Assembly (NCBI GenBank): GCA_965205595.1
Contig: CBDBHI010000067.1
Location: 207,674-271,673 of the forward strand
Direction of reading: 5' to 3'
Source: Bryobacterales bacterium
GTDB taxonomy: Bacteria > Acidobacteriota > Terriglobia > Bryobacterales > UBA6623
Length of the DNA stretch: 64,000 nucleotides
Positions within the stretch are counted from its first letter, which is position 1. The number at the start of each line of letters is the position of its first letter. Made by a program: the position numbers and the translations under genes. Shown piece by piece: positions 38,453 to 49,592 of the stretch. A model generated the notes under the pieces. The model had not been told where the DNA came from. It was given only the letters and a program-made list of their open reading frames with translations, and made no database searches.

Positions 38453-39418
38453 ATGAATACAGTCCCGCTCGGAAAGACCGGCCTAACCGTCTCGAAAGCC
38501 TGCCTAGGGACCATGACATTTGGCTCGCAGGTTGATCAGAACGAGGCGCAGCGCATGGTCGACTACGCGCTCGACCAGGGTGTGAACTTCTACGACACCG
38601 CGAACGTCTACAATCAAGGCGTTTCAGAAGAAATCACGGGTCGCGTATTAAAAGACAAGCGTTCCGAGGTCGTGCTCGCGACCAAGGTGCGTGGCTGGAT
38701 GAAGACTCCGACGGAGTATATCGGGCTGTCACCGGATTCAATCCGTCACGCGGCCGACGAGAGTCTACGTCGTCTCGGGACCGACTATATCGACCTCTAC
38801 TACCTTCACATGCCCGACTACGATGTCGACATCGAAGAGACCCTAGGGGCGATGGACGAACTGCGCCGCGCGGGAAAGATCCGCTTCATCGCGACATCGA
38901 ACTACTCAGCCTGGCAGATGGCTGAAATGACCGCGATTTCACAGGCAAAAGGCTTTCAAGCTCCGACCGTAGCTCAGCCGATGTACAACTGCGCGGCACG
39001 CGGTATTGAACCGGAGTACCTGCCGTATACGACTCGATACGGCGTGACGAATGTTTGTTACAACCCATTGGCGGGCGGCTTGCTTAGCGGCAAGCAGTCG
39101 CTAGAGGCCGGGCCAATTCCGGGGACGCGGTTCGACGGCAACGCGATGTATCAGAAGCGCTTTTGGAAGCAAGCCTACTTCGACGCGGTCGAGAGTTTGC
39201 GGCGAGTGGCGGACGGTCTAGGGATTTCACTCGTCGAGCTATCACTGCGATGGGTGGTGCACCGCACAGATTGCGTCATCCTAGGTGCCTCAAAGTTCGA
39301 CCATCTAGCGGCAAACCTAGCGGCATTCGACTGCGATGATTTGCCGAGCGAAGCGATTGAAGCATGCAACGAAGTGTGGGCGGATTTACGAGGCCCAACC
39401 CCGCAATACAATCGATGA
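38453..39418 (+). CDS. Aldo/keto reductase
   Basis: LGTMTFG, DTANVY, ATKV, RLGTDYIDLYYLH, SNY and YNPLAGGLLSGK motifs. Confidence 0.93.
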   Translation: MNTVPLGKTGLTVSKACLGTMTFGSQVDQNEAQRMVDYALDQGVNFYDTANVYNQGVSEEITGRVLKDKRSEVVLATKVRGWMKTPTEYIGLSPDSIRHAADESLRRLGTDYIDLYYLHMPDYDVDIEETLGAMDELRRAGKIRFIATSNYSAWQMAEMTAISQAKGFQAPTVAQPMYNCAARGIEPEYLPYTTRYGVTNVCYNPLAGGLLSGKQSLEAGPIPGTRFDGNAMYQKRFWKQAYFDAVESLRRVADGLGISLVELSLRWVVHRTDCVILGASKFDHLAANLAAFDCDDLPSEAIEACNEVWADLRGPTPQYNR

Positions 39419-39460
39419 GCGGCGCGCCTATCGGGTGCGTTCGCCGTCAGGTGGTCTTGA

Positions 39461-39517
39461 ACCCCCAGCGGGGGTGACGTTTCAATTAGACCAGGGTGGA
39501 GCGTAAGCGGAACCCTG
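39461..39517. repeat. REP-like double hairpin between convergent genes
   Basis: ACCCCC-AGC-GGGGGT followed by CCAGGGT-GGAGCGTAAGCGGA-ACCCTGG. Only one copy occurs in the window. Confidence 0.45.
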
Positions 39518-39576
39518 GGTGAAATTCAGAAGATCGTGAGCCCATGCCCCCCCCAAATACAATTGTTAAGCGGCGC

Positions 39577-40905
39577 CTAGAGTTCAACCAATCGTTTTTC
39601 GGTGTCGCCAAAGCGGTCGAGTTTGACGCCCATGCGATCCATCAACGACAGGTACAGGCTGCACGCGCGACGGCTCTCGTCGCCGCTTTCCAGATAGTCA
39701 ACTACGCGGCCCGGAGTAAGCGTTCCGCCACCTCGTCCGGCGAGCAGCATTGGCATTTGGTCGGCGCCGTGCGCGTCACCATCGAACAAATTCGAGCAAC
39801 ACAAAATCATCGAACTGTCGAGTAGCGACTGCCCGCCCTCATCGATGTCTTTGAGTCTGTCAATGAGGTATGCAAACTGCGAGACGTGGAACTGGTTGGT
39901 CTTTAGATACATCGCCTCCCGCTCGGGCGACTTGCCGTTATGTGTCAGGTCGAGATGCAGCGCGCCCTCAACGCCGTCGATGAAACCAAAGTTCATTTGC
40001 GAAAGATCGTTATTGAGCATGCACGTCGCGATGCGTGTCTTGTCCATCTGGAACGCGAGCACGATGATGTCCATCATCAACTTCATATGCCGCGGGACAT
40101 CCTGCGGTAGCTTGTCGTCCGGCCGCGGCATGTTCGGTTCGCTGATCGTGGGGCGCCAACCCTCAATGTGCTGCTCGCTGGCCGCATTGTCGATGCGGTT
40201 TTCGATTTCGCGGATGGAATCGAGATATTCGTCGAGTTTGCGCTGGTCCGATTTACTGATGCGGTGTTCGAGATCCCGCGCTTCTTCGAGGACCGCATCG
40301 AGAATGCTACGGTCGACCTCGCGGCTTGTTCCATCGCCGACCAATCGGTCGAAGGCGCGTGCGGGATAAATCTCCTTCGTCGCCGGCTTCGTGGCTGACG
40401 ACCACGAAATGCAAGAGCCGAGAATCATCGATAGGCCATCTTCGAGCCGCAACTCGTTGGGTTCGATTCCAAGCGCCATGCTCGGCACCGCGGTGCGATC
40501 TCCAAGCTGCTGTGCCAGCACTTGATCCATGGTCTTGCCGACCCGGATGTCAGCGGGATCAAGACTAACGGTCTCACCGGAAAGCATGTTGGCCATGCGC
40601 CCCAAGTGGGGGCTCGATGACGCCAGGGCGGACTGATTGTAGAGGCCTCGAATGAAGGTGAAATCTTCGCGGTAAGGCCGCATCGGTTCCAGGCCTGGAC
40701 CGATTTCCATTGATTTACCGGCGCCTCTGGCCCACCAATGGATAGGCTCGACGCCGTTGGAAAAGTAGACCGTCGCGAATCGCAGCGGCGGTTTGGACTG
40801 CAAGTCGGTCGTCGCCCCCGGCAGTGGCAGTGATTCAAACCAAGGCAGGGCGAGCGCAACGCCCGCTCCTCTTAGAAAATTTCGGCGTGACGTCGCAGTG
40901 TTCAT
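39577..40905 (-). CDS. DUF1552 domain protein
   Basis: [16 protein letters not shown] leader; NGV, DQVLAQ, YLDSIRE.E, AFQ.D.TR and H....P..LAG motifs; coupled to the DUF1592 gene. Confidence 0.88.
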   Translation of the reverse strand: MNTATSRRNFLRGAGVALALPWFESLPLPGATTDLQSKPPLRFATVYFSNGVEPIHWWARGAGKSMEIGPGLEPMRPYREDFTFIRGLYNQSALASSSPHLGRMANMLSGETVSLDPADIRVGKTMDQVLAQQLGDRTAVPSMALGIEPNELRLEDGLSMILGSCISWSSATKPATKEIYPARAFDRLVGDGTSREVDRSILDAVLEEARDLEHRISKSDQRKLDEYLDSIREIENRIDNAASEQHIEGWRPTISEPNMPRPDDKLPQDVPRHMKLMMDIIVLAFQMDKTRIATCMLNNDLSQMNFGFIDGVEGALHLDLTHNGKSPEREAMYLKTNQFHVSQFAYLIDRLKDIDEGGQSLLDSSMILCCSNLFDGDAHGADQMPMLLAGRGGGTLTPGRVVDYLESGDESRRACSLYLSLMDRMGVKLDRFGDTEKRLVEL

Positions 40906-43900
40906 TGGTGGTACCGAAACTGTTTGCTGGATACGATCTGTGTCGCGAGGTCGGCGAACGTAGCATCTCCGCCGCTTTCGACCAAACTGTCAATCAATGG
41001 TTCGTCCGATGCAATTATGGTACGCCCAAGCGCGTATCCAAGCAACTTCGTCGCGAAGGTCCGGAGTACTTGGTCTTCGCGATCCTCAAGGGCTGCAAGC
41101 AGACCTTCGACGCCGTTTACTTCCGTACCGTCGCTAAATTCGGTCGTGGCGTCGATCGGCTGCCCGTTGGAGTACTCATTACGCCACCTGCCGATGGCGT
41201 CATAGTTTTCAAGAGGGAAACCCAGCGGATCGATCTTTGAATGGCAACTCATGCACGATGGGTTGCGGCGATGGGATTCTAGCTGTTCCCTCACGGTTTG
41301 GCCCCCAAATTCCTGCACGTCGGAAGGCAGGGAACCGGCATCCGCGGGCGGCGGCGGAGTGGGGTTGCCGAGTATGCGGCGCAGCATCCAGTCGCCGCGT
41401 TTGACCGGACTGGTCCGAAGCGGAGCCGATGTCGCCGTCAGTACCGCGCCAAGGCGTACCAGGCCGCCGCGATGATGCTTGTCGACGCCTTCAACCAAAA
41501 TAGCTTTTCCCGCCGGTAGCGTGACGCCTTCGAGGCCGTAATGTTCAGCGAGGCGGTCGTTCAGAAAGCCGTAGTCAGCCGAAATAATTTCTCGAATCGG
41601 CCGCTTGTTTCGAATGACGTGGTCGAAGAACGAGACTGCCTCGTCGTACATCGACGATTTCAATTCGTCATCGAATTCTGGGAAGCGCTTGCTGTCAACG
41701 CCGCGATACTGGTCGAAACGGTAAAAGCCCAGCCACTGGCCAAAGAACTCAACCGCTAGGCGTCGAGCTTTGGGCGTCGTGAGCATCCGCCGCAGTTGTG
41801 CTGTAACTTCGGCGGGTTCGCTAAGCAGGCCTTCGTCGGCAGCGGTCCGCAGCTTACCGTCTGGAGCGGACGACCAAAGGAAGTAACTGAGCCGATTGGC
41901 AATTTCCCAGTCGGTCAGCAACTTCGCTTGCGAAGTCTCCGCCGCGTTTTCCCAGCGGTACAAGAACGAGGGCGCAACCAAGATGCGCGCAATCAGGGCC
42001 CGAATCGCCGAACGATGATCCAATTCGCCTCGCTCCGTTGCTTCAACATAAAATCCGCGCAGCGCATCATTCTCGTCAGCAGACAGTGGTCGTCGCCAAG
42101 CTCGGGCGGCAAGGCGGAGCGTATCCTCCAGATGGCCCGGCTGGGCGGCCAATTGCGCATTGACGACACGGTCGTAGTCGAGGCTCAATTCGCTAACGTA
42201 CTTTTTTGGCTCCGAGGGTATGGCCTCAATTTCAGCGGCGTCGAGGTCAGCGATTCCAAGACCACCTAACTCAAGCGTGTACTTGTCGTCAACGAAGTCG
42301 AGGATCGCGTCGTGAAACTCAAACGACGCTCTAAGGTCGAGCCAGGCGTTGTCCAGCTCTCTTCGCGTCGAGCTGTCAAGCATCTTTCCCACAATAAAAT
42401 TGTCGTTGCGGAAGTATTTAACTCTGAAGTGGAAGCGGTCCCGCTCGGGCTGATTGTAAACGTTATTGAAAGGCGCCGGAATCGGGTCGCGGTCGGACGG
42501 CGTCGGCTCGCCGTGCGACGTTTGTGGCAGATTCGCGGCATATTCAAGCACATTGGACCGCCACGAGTCGAAGCCCGCGCTGGTCGGGTCCGCGAGCAGC
42601 GCCCACGTTGGCCGCCCCCTCGATCCTTCCGCGCTGTCTGAAATAACAATTCTCATGACGGCATCGTCTGACCGCTCGACGCCGAGCTCGACATCAACAT
42701 TAAACTCGAGCCCTCTCGCTCCTGGTGGAGTCGGTACTTCGAAAAATACCGCGGCTTCCCCCTCGGTTACGAAATCGTTAGGACCAATCGCGCCGCCGTC
42801 TGGCCGCTGTCCGAACCCAAGTTTCTCCCGTGCCTCCGGCTGCAGGGCCTCACGTAGTGACTGCGTCGCACCGCGGCCGCGTTCAGCATCGATAATTCGA
42901 ACCATCGCGTCGCGCCAAATAACAACCGGTACCGCGCTGGAGCCGGGGTTCATCGGTACGACCGACAGGTAAACGCCGCCGGCGCCTTGACCCCGGTCGC
43001 GGAGTCCAAATCTTAGGTGCTGTTTTACCTGCGCCGTCAGCGATTCAGAGGTAATGACTAACGCCCGCTCATCGCCGGCCCCGCCCGCGGCTAAATCTCC
43101 GGCCGCGAACAACCGACGAGGCCAATTAATGACGAACTGTTGAATTTCAGTACAGGCGGATCGCACATCGTCGGGTGAATCGAGGTCCCCAGGCGAGGGC
43201 AGCGCTTGCCAGCGAGAAACAACCTCTGATGTGGGGTAGCTCGGGCCGGCCTGTTGCACGACCGTCCACACGTGCTGAGCAAATTGTGGGCTCAAACGTT
43301 CGGCTCTTGCTAATTCGTCCAGTGACGCGGAGGCCTTTCCGAGGTCGCCACGGTGTTGATACTGCCATGCGACGAAGAATGCCTTAGCGTACTTTTCGAG
43401 GCCAAACGCTCGACCTCCCTCGGCCGCCACAGCCCGAAATCCATGTTCACGGTAAATGTCGTGAATTCGGCTGATCGCCGACAGCTCGAAGCCACTCATG
43501 CCGGGATCCGCGAAAAACGATAGCGGGCCAGTCCCGATAACGGCGTGGTCGGCGACCCGTTTGGCGGCCGCCAGGTAGCGTTCGAGATCCGCCTCGGACA
43601 TAAACTGAACGCCGCCGTAATTAGTGAATCCCTCACCGCCCGCGGAATCCGCCGCAACGTCGACGGTGGCGTCGAGATCGAGCCCAGTAAGGTCCTGAAT
43701 CGTGTATCTATATTCGCTCGACGTTAGACGCCTAACGGTGACCGCGCCCGGGTCGCCCGCGTGTTCTGCTATGTAGGCGTTTAGACTGGTTCGAACCCAT
43801 TCGGCCGCATTTTTGCGCTGCGATTCGCTCGGCTGCGAAACACCAGGCGGAGGCATCCGCTTGTCTTCGAGCACTGCCGCAATTTTTTTCCAATGGCGAA

Positions 43901-44132
43901 AGTCATCAGCCAGCGAAATGTCGCTTGTCAGTTTTTCAAGATTGATGCCGCCCGACGCGAGTGCCTTGTTGTGGCATTGAACGCAGTTTTCTTTGAAAAG
44001 GCTTGGGGCCGCCGGTGCGATTGCGGGCCCAGCCACTAACGGGCTTCCAGAAGGCACAAGCGCCGCAATGAGAATGCCTGCGAACCGCAACGATCGAGGC
44101 CGGGCCGGCACTGAACTGGTTCGATCAATCAA
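40902..44132 (-). CDS. DUF1592/1588/1595/1587/1585 protein with cytochrome c motifs (planctomycete-type)
   Basis: CVQCH; RRLT..EY..TI.DL; AWRRPL; [11 protein letters not shown]; TSPVKRG.W; CMSCH; YALGR. Confidence 0.88.
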   Translation of the reverse strand: MIDRTSSVPARPRSLRFAGILIAALVPSGSPLVAGPAIAPAAPSLFKENCVQCHNKALASGGINLEKLTSDISLADDFRHWKKIAAVLEDKRMPPPGVSQPSESQRKNAAEWVRTSLNAYIAEHAGDPGAVTVRRLTSSEYRYTIQDLTGLDLDATVDVAADSAGGEGFTNYGGVQFMSEADLERYLAAAKRVADHAVIGTGPLSFFADPGMSGFELSAISRIHDIYREHGFRAVAAEGGRAFGLEKYAKAFFVAWQYQHRGDLGKASASLDELARAERLSPQFAQHVWTVVQQAGPSYPTSEVVSRWQALPSPGDLDSPDDVRSACTEIQQFVINWPRRLFAAGDLAAGGAGDERALVITSESLTAQVKQHLRFGLRDRGQGAGGVYLSVVPMNPGSSAVPVVIWRDAMVRIIDAERGRGATQSLREALQPEAREKLGFGQRPDGGAIGPNDFVTEGEAAVFFEVPTPPGARGLEFNVDVELGVERSDDAVMRIVISDSAEGSRGRPTWALLADPTSAGFDSWRSNVLEYAANLPQTSHGEPTPSDRDPIPAPFNNVYNQPERDRFHFRVKYFRNDNFIVGKMLDSSTRRELDNAWLDLRASFEFHDAILDFVDDKYTLELGGLGIADLDAAEIEAIPSEPKKYVSELSLDYDRVVNAQLAAQPGHLEDTLRLAARAWRRPLSADENDALRGFYVEATERGELDHRSAIRALIARILVAPSFLYRWENAAETSQAKLLTDWEIANRLSYFLWSSAPDGKLRTAADEGLLSEPAEVTAQLRRMLTTPKARRLAVEFFGQWLGFYRFDQYRGVDSKRFPEFDDELKSSMYDEAVSFFDHVIRNKRPIREIISADYGFLNDRLAEHYGLEGVTLPAGKAILVEGVDKHHRGGLVRLGAVLTATSAPLRTSPVKRGDWMLRRILGNPTPPPPADAGSLPSDVQEFGGQTVREQLESHRRNPSCMSCHSKIDPLGFPLENYDAIGRWRNEYSNGQPIDATTEFSDGTEVNGVEGLLAALEDREDQVLRTFATKLLGYALGRTIIASDEPLIDSLVESGGDATFADLATQIVSSKQFRYHQ

Positions 44133-44261
44133 TCTGGTACACGCCCTGTGTGAGCGCTTTTATTTTAGGCTGTTGTTTCGAGGTATGTAAATGAGAAAAA
44201 TGTCCGCCCAACAGCGCTAATAGCCTTGACGACGACCCAAGCTCGGCGCTATTGTGCGGCC

Positions 44262-45215
44262 ATGACACGCAAACAGTTCCTGTCGACTCCCCTGATGGCC
44301 GCGGCGGCCTCTGCAGCTGCACCGGTTGCTTCCGACTACAAACCCAAGCGCATCAACCGTGCTGTTGAGCTGCTTGTCGACGGACAGCCGATCTACTATA
44401 CCGGCGGTCGCGGTGGCTACGAAGAGGGCGTAAAAACGGCCGGCACGTACGCCGACTACATCAACTACGAGATGGAGCACGGTTCTCTTGACTTCACCGC
44501 GTTACGCGGCTTTATGAAGGGCTTGGCTGACAGCGGCCCGACGCGCAGTGGGCATCGCACGCCGGCCGTTATCGCCACCCTACCCGTTCTCGGCATCGAC
44601 GAAATGCACATGCGGGCAAACTTCTGGGTCGTGCAACAGGCGCTTCTCTGCGGCATACACGGAATCCTACTCTGCCACGCCCGCGAGCCGGAGGCGATCA
44701 AATGGATGGTTCGCGCCGCCCGCTATCCCGACGCCAAACCGGTGGTGGCCGAGCTCGGCGAAGGACTACTCGGAAACGGCAGCCAAGGCTATGCGTCAGA
44801 GATTTGGGGCATATCGAGAGACGAATACCGAAAAAAAGCCGATCCCTGGCCGCTCAATCCCAACGGTGAATTTCTGCTCGGGCTCAAGATCGAAGATCGT
44901 CACGCATTAGTGAACGCGGAAAAGTCGGCGGCCGTCCCAGGAATCGGATTCGCCGAGTGGGGGCCAGGCGACATGGGTCTCTCCCTCGACCTACCAGACG
45001 GCCACGTCGGTAACGCCCAGTTGCATCCGAAAATGCGCGAAGCGAGAGCGACCGTTCTTAGCGCCTGTAAGAAGAGCAACATCGCGTTCTTGAACACAGT
45101 GCGCGAGAACGACGTCACCGAGATGATCGACGAGGGTGTCAAAATCGGCGCCGGCGCTTCGCTCGCGACGGCGGAGAAGGGAAGGCGGTACACCAAGCGC
45201 GAGATGCCTTGGTAG
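44262..45215 (+). CDS. HpcH/HpaI aldolase/citrate lyase family protein
   Basis: EMEHG, LLCGIHGILL, KIED and EWGPGDMGLS motifs. Confidence 0.75.
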   Translation: MTRKQFLSTPLMAAAASAAAPVASDYKPKRINRAVELLVDGQPIYYTGGRGGYEEGVKTAGTYADYINYEMEHGSLDFTALRGFMKGLADSGPTRSGHRTPAVIATLPVLGIDEMHMRANFWVVQQALLCGIHGILLCHAREPEAIKWMVRAARYPDAKPVVAELGEGLLGNGSQGYASEIWGISRDEYRKKADPWPLNPNGEFLLGLKIEDRHALVNAEKSAAVPGIGFAEWGPGDMGLSLDLPDGHVGNAQLHPKMREARATVLSACKKSNIAFLNTVRENDVTEMIDEGVKIGAGASLATAEKGRRYTKREMPW

Positions 45216-46198
45216 TGATCCGATCCGCGGCCTACGCATTTGTATTCCTATTTCTGTTCAATCTAGGCTGCGGCCGCAAAAGCGACATTCTCGAACTGCG
45301 GCTCGCCCACGTGGCGTCGCCAGGGTCACTGGTGGCCATATCCGCCGAGGAGTTCGTTCGTCGCGCGAACGAGAGCCTGGCGGGACGTGCCGAAATAAAA
45401 ATATTCGGCTCTAGCCAGCTCGGTGACGATGAAACGCTGCTTATCAAGTTGAAACTAGGCACCGTGGATCTCTCGGTGCCGTCGACGATCATGTCGTCAG
45501 CGGTGGAATCCTTCGGCTTGTTCGAGATGCCCTATCTCGTCAAAGACCGCGGCCATATGCGGCGGATAGAGCAAGAGATCATTAAGCCCCGTCTTGCGGT
45601 CGACGCGCAAAAACGAGGTTTCAAGCTTCTTGCCGTTTGGGAGAATGGCTTTCGTCACATCACCAACAGCAAGCGTCCAATCGAGGCTCCCTCGGATCTT
45701 GCCGGCATCAAACTGCGCACTCCGCGCGGTCACTGGCGCGTGCGGCTGTTTCAAAGCTACGGAGCCAATCCAACACCGATGTCGCTGTCGGAAACTTTCA
45801 TGGCACTGCAGACGGGTGTGATTGATGGCCAAGAAAATCCACTAAACCAGATTACTAGCCAAAAATTTTACGAAGTGCAAGAGTACTTAAGCCTCACGGG
45901 TCACGTCTACGCGCCCGCCTACTTAATCGCCGGGTTCGATCGCTGGAATGCCCTCCCCGCGGACATACGCCAGACGCTAGAGACGACCGCGCAAGAAGTC
46001 CAATCATTCGTCTACGAACGGGCCATCGAGCTTGAGGCGATCCAACTGACCGAGCTCGAAGCATCGGGCATCAAGGTGAATCGCGCGAACCGCGACCAGT
46101 TCGTATTGGCCGGTAAACCGATTTTTGAGCAGTTTGGCGCCGAAGTCCCCGGCGGAAAAGAAATGATCGAAAGGGCGCTTGCTTCGGCTTCGAACTAG
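45209..46198 (+). CDS. dctP: TRAP transporter substrate-binding protein
   Basis: SSQLG.D, ENGFRH, DLAGIKLR and ALQTGVIDGQENP motifs. Confidence 0.92.
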   Translation: MVVIRSAAYAFVFLFLFNLGCGRKSDILELRLAHVASPGSLVAISAEEFVRRANESLAGRAEIKIFGSSQLGDDETLLIKLKLGTVDLSVPSTIMSSAVESFGLFEMPYLVKDRGHMRRIEQEIIKPRLAVDAQKRGFKLLAVWENGFRHITNSKRPIEAPSDLAGIKLRTPRGHWRVRLFQSYGANPTPMSLSETFMALQTGVIDGQENPLNQITSQKFYEVQEYLSLTGHVYAPAYLIAGFDRWNALPADIRQTLETTAQEVQSFVYERAIELEAIQLTELEASGIKVNRANRDQFVLAGKPIFEQFGAEVPGGKEMIERALASASN

Positions 46199-46315
46199 CC
46201 TGAAACGTATACTCTTTCCAACGAACGAAACAGGAATCCGCCGGTCGGGGACTGGCACATGAGATTCCGAATACTCTACACCGTCACAAACCCTCGTGTT
46301 GCCTGTCCCATTCCC

Positions 46316-46792
46316 ATGAATCTGATCCCACTTCGTAACGCGATTCAGCGCTTTCTTGAGGGCTTCGTTATTGCGATCGTCGTCTCGCTCTCGTGTCTAG
46401 TCGTTGTCGCGGTCATCTTTCGCAAGCTCGGCTACTCACTCGTCTGGTACGACGAAGTCGCCGCCATCCTGCTGGCTTGGCTGACGTTCTACGGCGCCGC
46501 CTTGGCCGCAATTCACCACGCGCACATCGGTTTTCCCAAGCTAGTCGAAAAGTGTCGCGGACGATCCCGTCGCGCCTTATTCCTCGCGAGCAAATGCCTT
46601 GTTGTCGGCTTCTTCGCACTAGCCGCCTGGATGGGCCTGAAGATGATGGCCGTGCTTGGCGACACGTATCTGGTAAGTCTCCCATGGCTGCCGGCGCGCA
46701 TTGTGTACTCGGCGATTCCAATCGGTTCCGCCCTATTCGTAATCGTTGAAATCTTGTCGTTGCGGCAGCAAGCGCGGGGTGAGCAGCCGTGA
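46316..46792 (+). CDS. dctQ: TRAP transporter small permease
   Basis: Four TM segments, W..E.A..L..WL.F.GA...HI motif, and position between dctP and dctM. Confidence 0.88.
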   Translation: MNLIPLRNAIQRFLEGFVIAIVVSLSCLVVVAVIFRKLGYSLVWYDEVAAILLAWLTFYGAALAAIHHAHIGFPKLVEKCRGRSRRALFLASKCLVVGFFALAAWMGLKMMAVLGDTYLVSLPWLPARIVYSAIPIGSALFVIVEILSLRQQARGEQP

Positions 46793-48072
46793 CGCTCGCC
46801 GCCATTATTCTCGCTCTCATTGCGCTGATCCTAATCGACGTCCCCATCGCGGTCGCCCTGGGATTAGTCGCGGTCGGGGGGATGATTCTTGAAACCGGCC
46901 TCCGTGATTTGCCGAACATACCGTTAACGCTTCACGACGGCTCGACGAAGTTTTCGCTGATCGCGATTCCGTTGTTCATTCTCGCCGGAGCGGTGATGAA
47001 CGCGACTGGTATTTCACGCCGCTTGATCGCTTTGACTTCAGCGCTGATAGGCTTCGTACGCGGTGGGCTGGCAATGGTGACCATCGGCGCCTCGCTGTTT
47101 TTCGCTGAAATATCAGGCTCGGCCGTGGCGGATGTCGCGGCTCTCGGATCGATCCTGATCCCCGCGATGAAGCGATCTGGGTATTCATCCGATTTCGCCG
47201 CCGCCGTTACCTCTTCGGCCTCGACGCTGGCAGTGATTATTCCGCCCTCAATTCCGATGATCCTTTACGCCGTGATGGCTGGGGCTTCGGTTGTGGAGCT
47301 CTTTGTAGCGGGAATCATTCCCGGTATTGTCGGCGCCGGCCTGATGATGCTCGTCGCGCATCGCATCGCAGTCAAACGCGGCTATCCCGTCGAGCAGGAA
47401 TTCTTGTGGAGCCGTCTGAAGACCAGCTTCCGAGACGCCGCCTGGGCCTTGCTATTGCCCGTAATAATTCTCGGGGGTATTTTTTCCGGCTGGGTCACCG
47501 CTACCGAGGGCGCTGGGCTAGCTGTCGTTGCGGCCATCGCAATTGGCGGGCTCGTCTATCGCGAGTTAGATATCAAGTCCATGCGGCAGGCCGTGCTCGA
47601 CGGAGGGATTCAGACCGCGGTCGTGATGATGCTCGTGGCGACGTCTGCGCTTCTAGGCGAGCATCTGACTGCGATGCAGGTTCCCCAATCCGTCGCGGAA
47701 TCCCTGTTGGGGCTTACTACCAACCGTTGGGCGATTCTCGTGTTGTTGAATGTTTTTTTTCTCGTCATCGGGCTGTTTCTACATTCGTCGGCGGCGATCA
47801 TTCTGGTCGTACCAATCGTCATGCCGCTCGTTCACGCCGCGGGCATCGATCCTGTCCACTTTGGCCTAGTTGTGACACTCAATCTTGGTATCGGCCAGCA
47901 GACTCCGCCCGTTGCGAGCGTTCTGGTAACGGCCTGCTCCATCGCCAAGGCCGATATCTGGGACGTCAGTCGCATCAACGTCGCCTTCGTCGGCGTGCTG
48001 GCGCTAGTGCTGCTAATGGTGACCTACCTGCCCGCGATTCCACTCAGCTTGGTGGAATTTTTTTACCGCTAG
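46789..48072 (+). CDS. dctM: TRAP transporter large permease
   Basis: AIPLFILAG, SGSAVAD, IIPPSIPMILY and IG..TPP motifs. Confidence 0.93.
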   Translation: MTLAAIILALIALILIDVPIAVALGLVAVGGMILETGLRDLPNIPLTLHDGSTKFSLIAIPLFILAGAVMNATGISRRLIALTSALIGFVRGGLAMVTIGASLFFAEISGSAVADVAALGSILIPAMKRSGYSSDFAAAVTSSASTLAVIIPPSIPMILYAVMAGASVVELFVAGIIPGIVGAGLMMLVAHRIAVKRGYPVEQEFLWSRLKTSFRDAAWALLLPVIILGGIFSGWVTATEGAGLAVVAAIAIGGLVYRELDIKSMRQAVLDGGIQTAVVMMLVATSALLGEHLTAMQVPQSVAESLLGLTTNRWAILVLLNVFFLVIGLFLHSSAAIILVVPIVMPLVHAAGIDPVHFGLVVTLNLGIGQQTPPVASVLVTACSIAKADIWDVSRINVAFVGVLALVLLMVTYLPAIPLSLVEFFYR

Positions 48073-48082
48073 CGGCCTCAGT

Positions 48083-49033
48083 CTATGGACCGTAAGTCGA
48101 ATGCGCTTGCACTCCCCAGCGACCGTCGCGCAGCGTTGCGAGAAAGACCGCGTCGTAGGTAGACAGCGCCTCATCGTCTTCATTCATCACGCTGTAGCGA
48201 ATGTCAAGATTCGCCCCAGTCGGCCCATTTTGACTGACTTCAAGCGAATCAACTCTCGTTTCAGGCCAGGTTCGCAGCCGCCCCGGCTCGGGTCCGGCAA
48301 GGAACTCGGCGCGTGTCTCCCAGAACCCGTATCCCGACGAGCTTAGACGAACCTGGGGAAAGTGCAGCGTATCGGCCCAGCGTTCTGGATCGAGCGAATT
48401 GAACGCATCGAAGTATGCCATCACAGCGGCCTCCGCCTCGGCTCGAATGTCAGGGGCAGTCTGCTCGCGTTGCACGAAACCCGTGCCAAAACGCGCCTGA
48501 ATGGCCCATGAATCTGCCTGCCGCGTAACGATATACGTCACCTGCTGCGTGGCGAGTCGTTCGCCACCCTCGCGATAGCGGCTGTATTGCCCGGAAACGT
48601 GTATCTTGTCGCGTGACACGTGAAGCACCCGGCGGTTGTTCCACTGACTGCGGTGCCACCCTGCCGCCTTGACACGCTCGAAGACCCCGTCGCTTGCCTG
48701 AATGTAGTCCACCGGAGTCGGCGACAGGCCGAAGTTACCGGCCGAAGGCCGCATGTGAGGGTAGTGCAGCGACTGCGAAAAACTTTCGAGTGCCGAGGTG
48801 TTCCACGTTTGTTGAAAGCGGTCGAGCGCGGCCAGTCCGATCTTGCTCAGACGCTCGGCTTCGACCGCTCGAATCGCCTCGGCAAGAGCTTCGCCGCTGA
48901 CCGCTGGGGGCGGTGTCGGAGCGCAACCACTCAGCGCGAGTGTCAACCCCGTGGTGCAAGTCAAAAGTATCTGCCGCAATCTACGCTGGCCGAATTTCGA
49001 TTTCAAGGGCAGCCAGTCTTTCATGAAACTCAT
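48083..49033 (-). CDS. Lipoprotein with tandem NTF2/SnoaL-like domains
   Basis: LSGC lipobox; internal repeat F..(W/F)N......(F/W)...LH(Y/F)P..R occurs twice. Confidence 0.6.
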   Translation of the reverse strand: MSFMKDWLPLKSKFGQRRLRQILLTCTTGLTLALSGCAPTPPPAVSGEALAEAIRAVEAERLSKIGLAALDRFQQTWNTSALESFSQSLHYPHMRPSAGNFGLSPTPVDYIQASDGVFERVKAAGWHRSQWNNRRVLHVSRDKIHVSGQYSRYREGGERLATQQVTYIVTRQADSWAIQARFGTGFVQREQTAPDIRAEAEAAVMAYFDAFNSLDPERWADTLHFPQVRLSSSGYGFWETRAEFLAGPEPGRLRTWPETRVDSLEVSQNGPTGANLDIRYSVMNEDDEALSTYDAVFLATLRDGRWGVQAHSTYGP

Positions 49034-49037
49034 AACA

Positions 49038-49592
49038 TCAATTGTGGCATTGCTTACAAGCCAACTCTTGAGCCATTACTAGATGTTTGTCGGTCGTCGA
49101 TCCATGGGCGTTGTGACAGCGCCCACAGCTTTCGAGCACATGCGGCTCATGGCCATGCACTTTCGCGAATGCATCTTTCACGTGGCAACCAAAGCAATCT
49201 CCCGAAAAGCGAAATAGCCCTCGGCGGCTTAAAGAATGGCAGCTCTCGCACTCGATCGCCGGTGCTGGATGCGATACGAACTTCTCATACCCAATGGGCG
49301 CCGAAGCACCGACGAAAATTCGCGCCGTCTGTTCGCCACCGGCCCATTTCAGACTCACCTCGTGACTGCCCGGCGTCGCTTCAATCGTCGCGTGCAAAAC
49401 GTTGGGAAACGGTTCTTCTGCTTCAATCGCGGCGCCATCAAGCAGTAGCGTCCCCGAGGGCGCGGTCGCAACGACGTCGATTACACCGCCACGAAACCAA
49501 GCGTTGTTGGCCGGCCGCACTATCTTGCCGGCCGGTTCAGCCGGAATCAGCGGCAGCGCGAAAATGAGCGCTGCGGCCAGCGCCTTAAACAT
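49038..49592 (-). CDS. Tetraheme cytochrome c with N-terminal Ig-like domain
   Basis: CESCH, CFGCH, CGRCH and CKQCH motifs; signal peptide. Confidence 0.88.
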   Translation of the reverse strand: MFKALAAALIFALPLIPAEPAGKIVRPANNAWFRGGVIDVVATAPSGTLLLDGAAIEAEEPFPNVLHATIEATPGSHEVSLKWAGGEQTARIFVGASAPIGYEKFVSHPAPAIECESCHSLSRRGLFRFSGDCFGCHVKDAFAKVHGHEPHVLESCGRCHNAHGSTTDKHLVMAQELACKQCHN

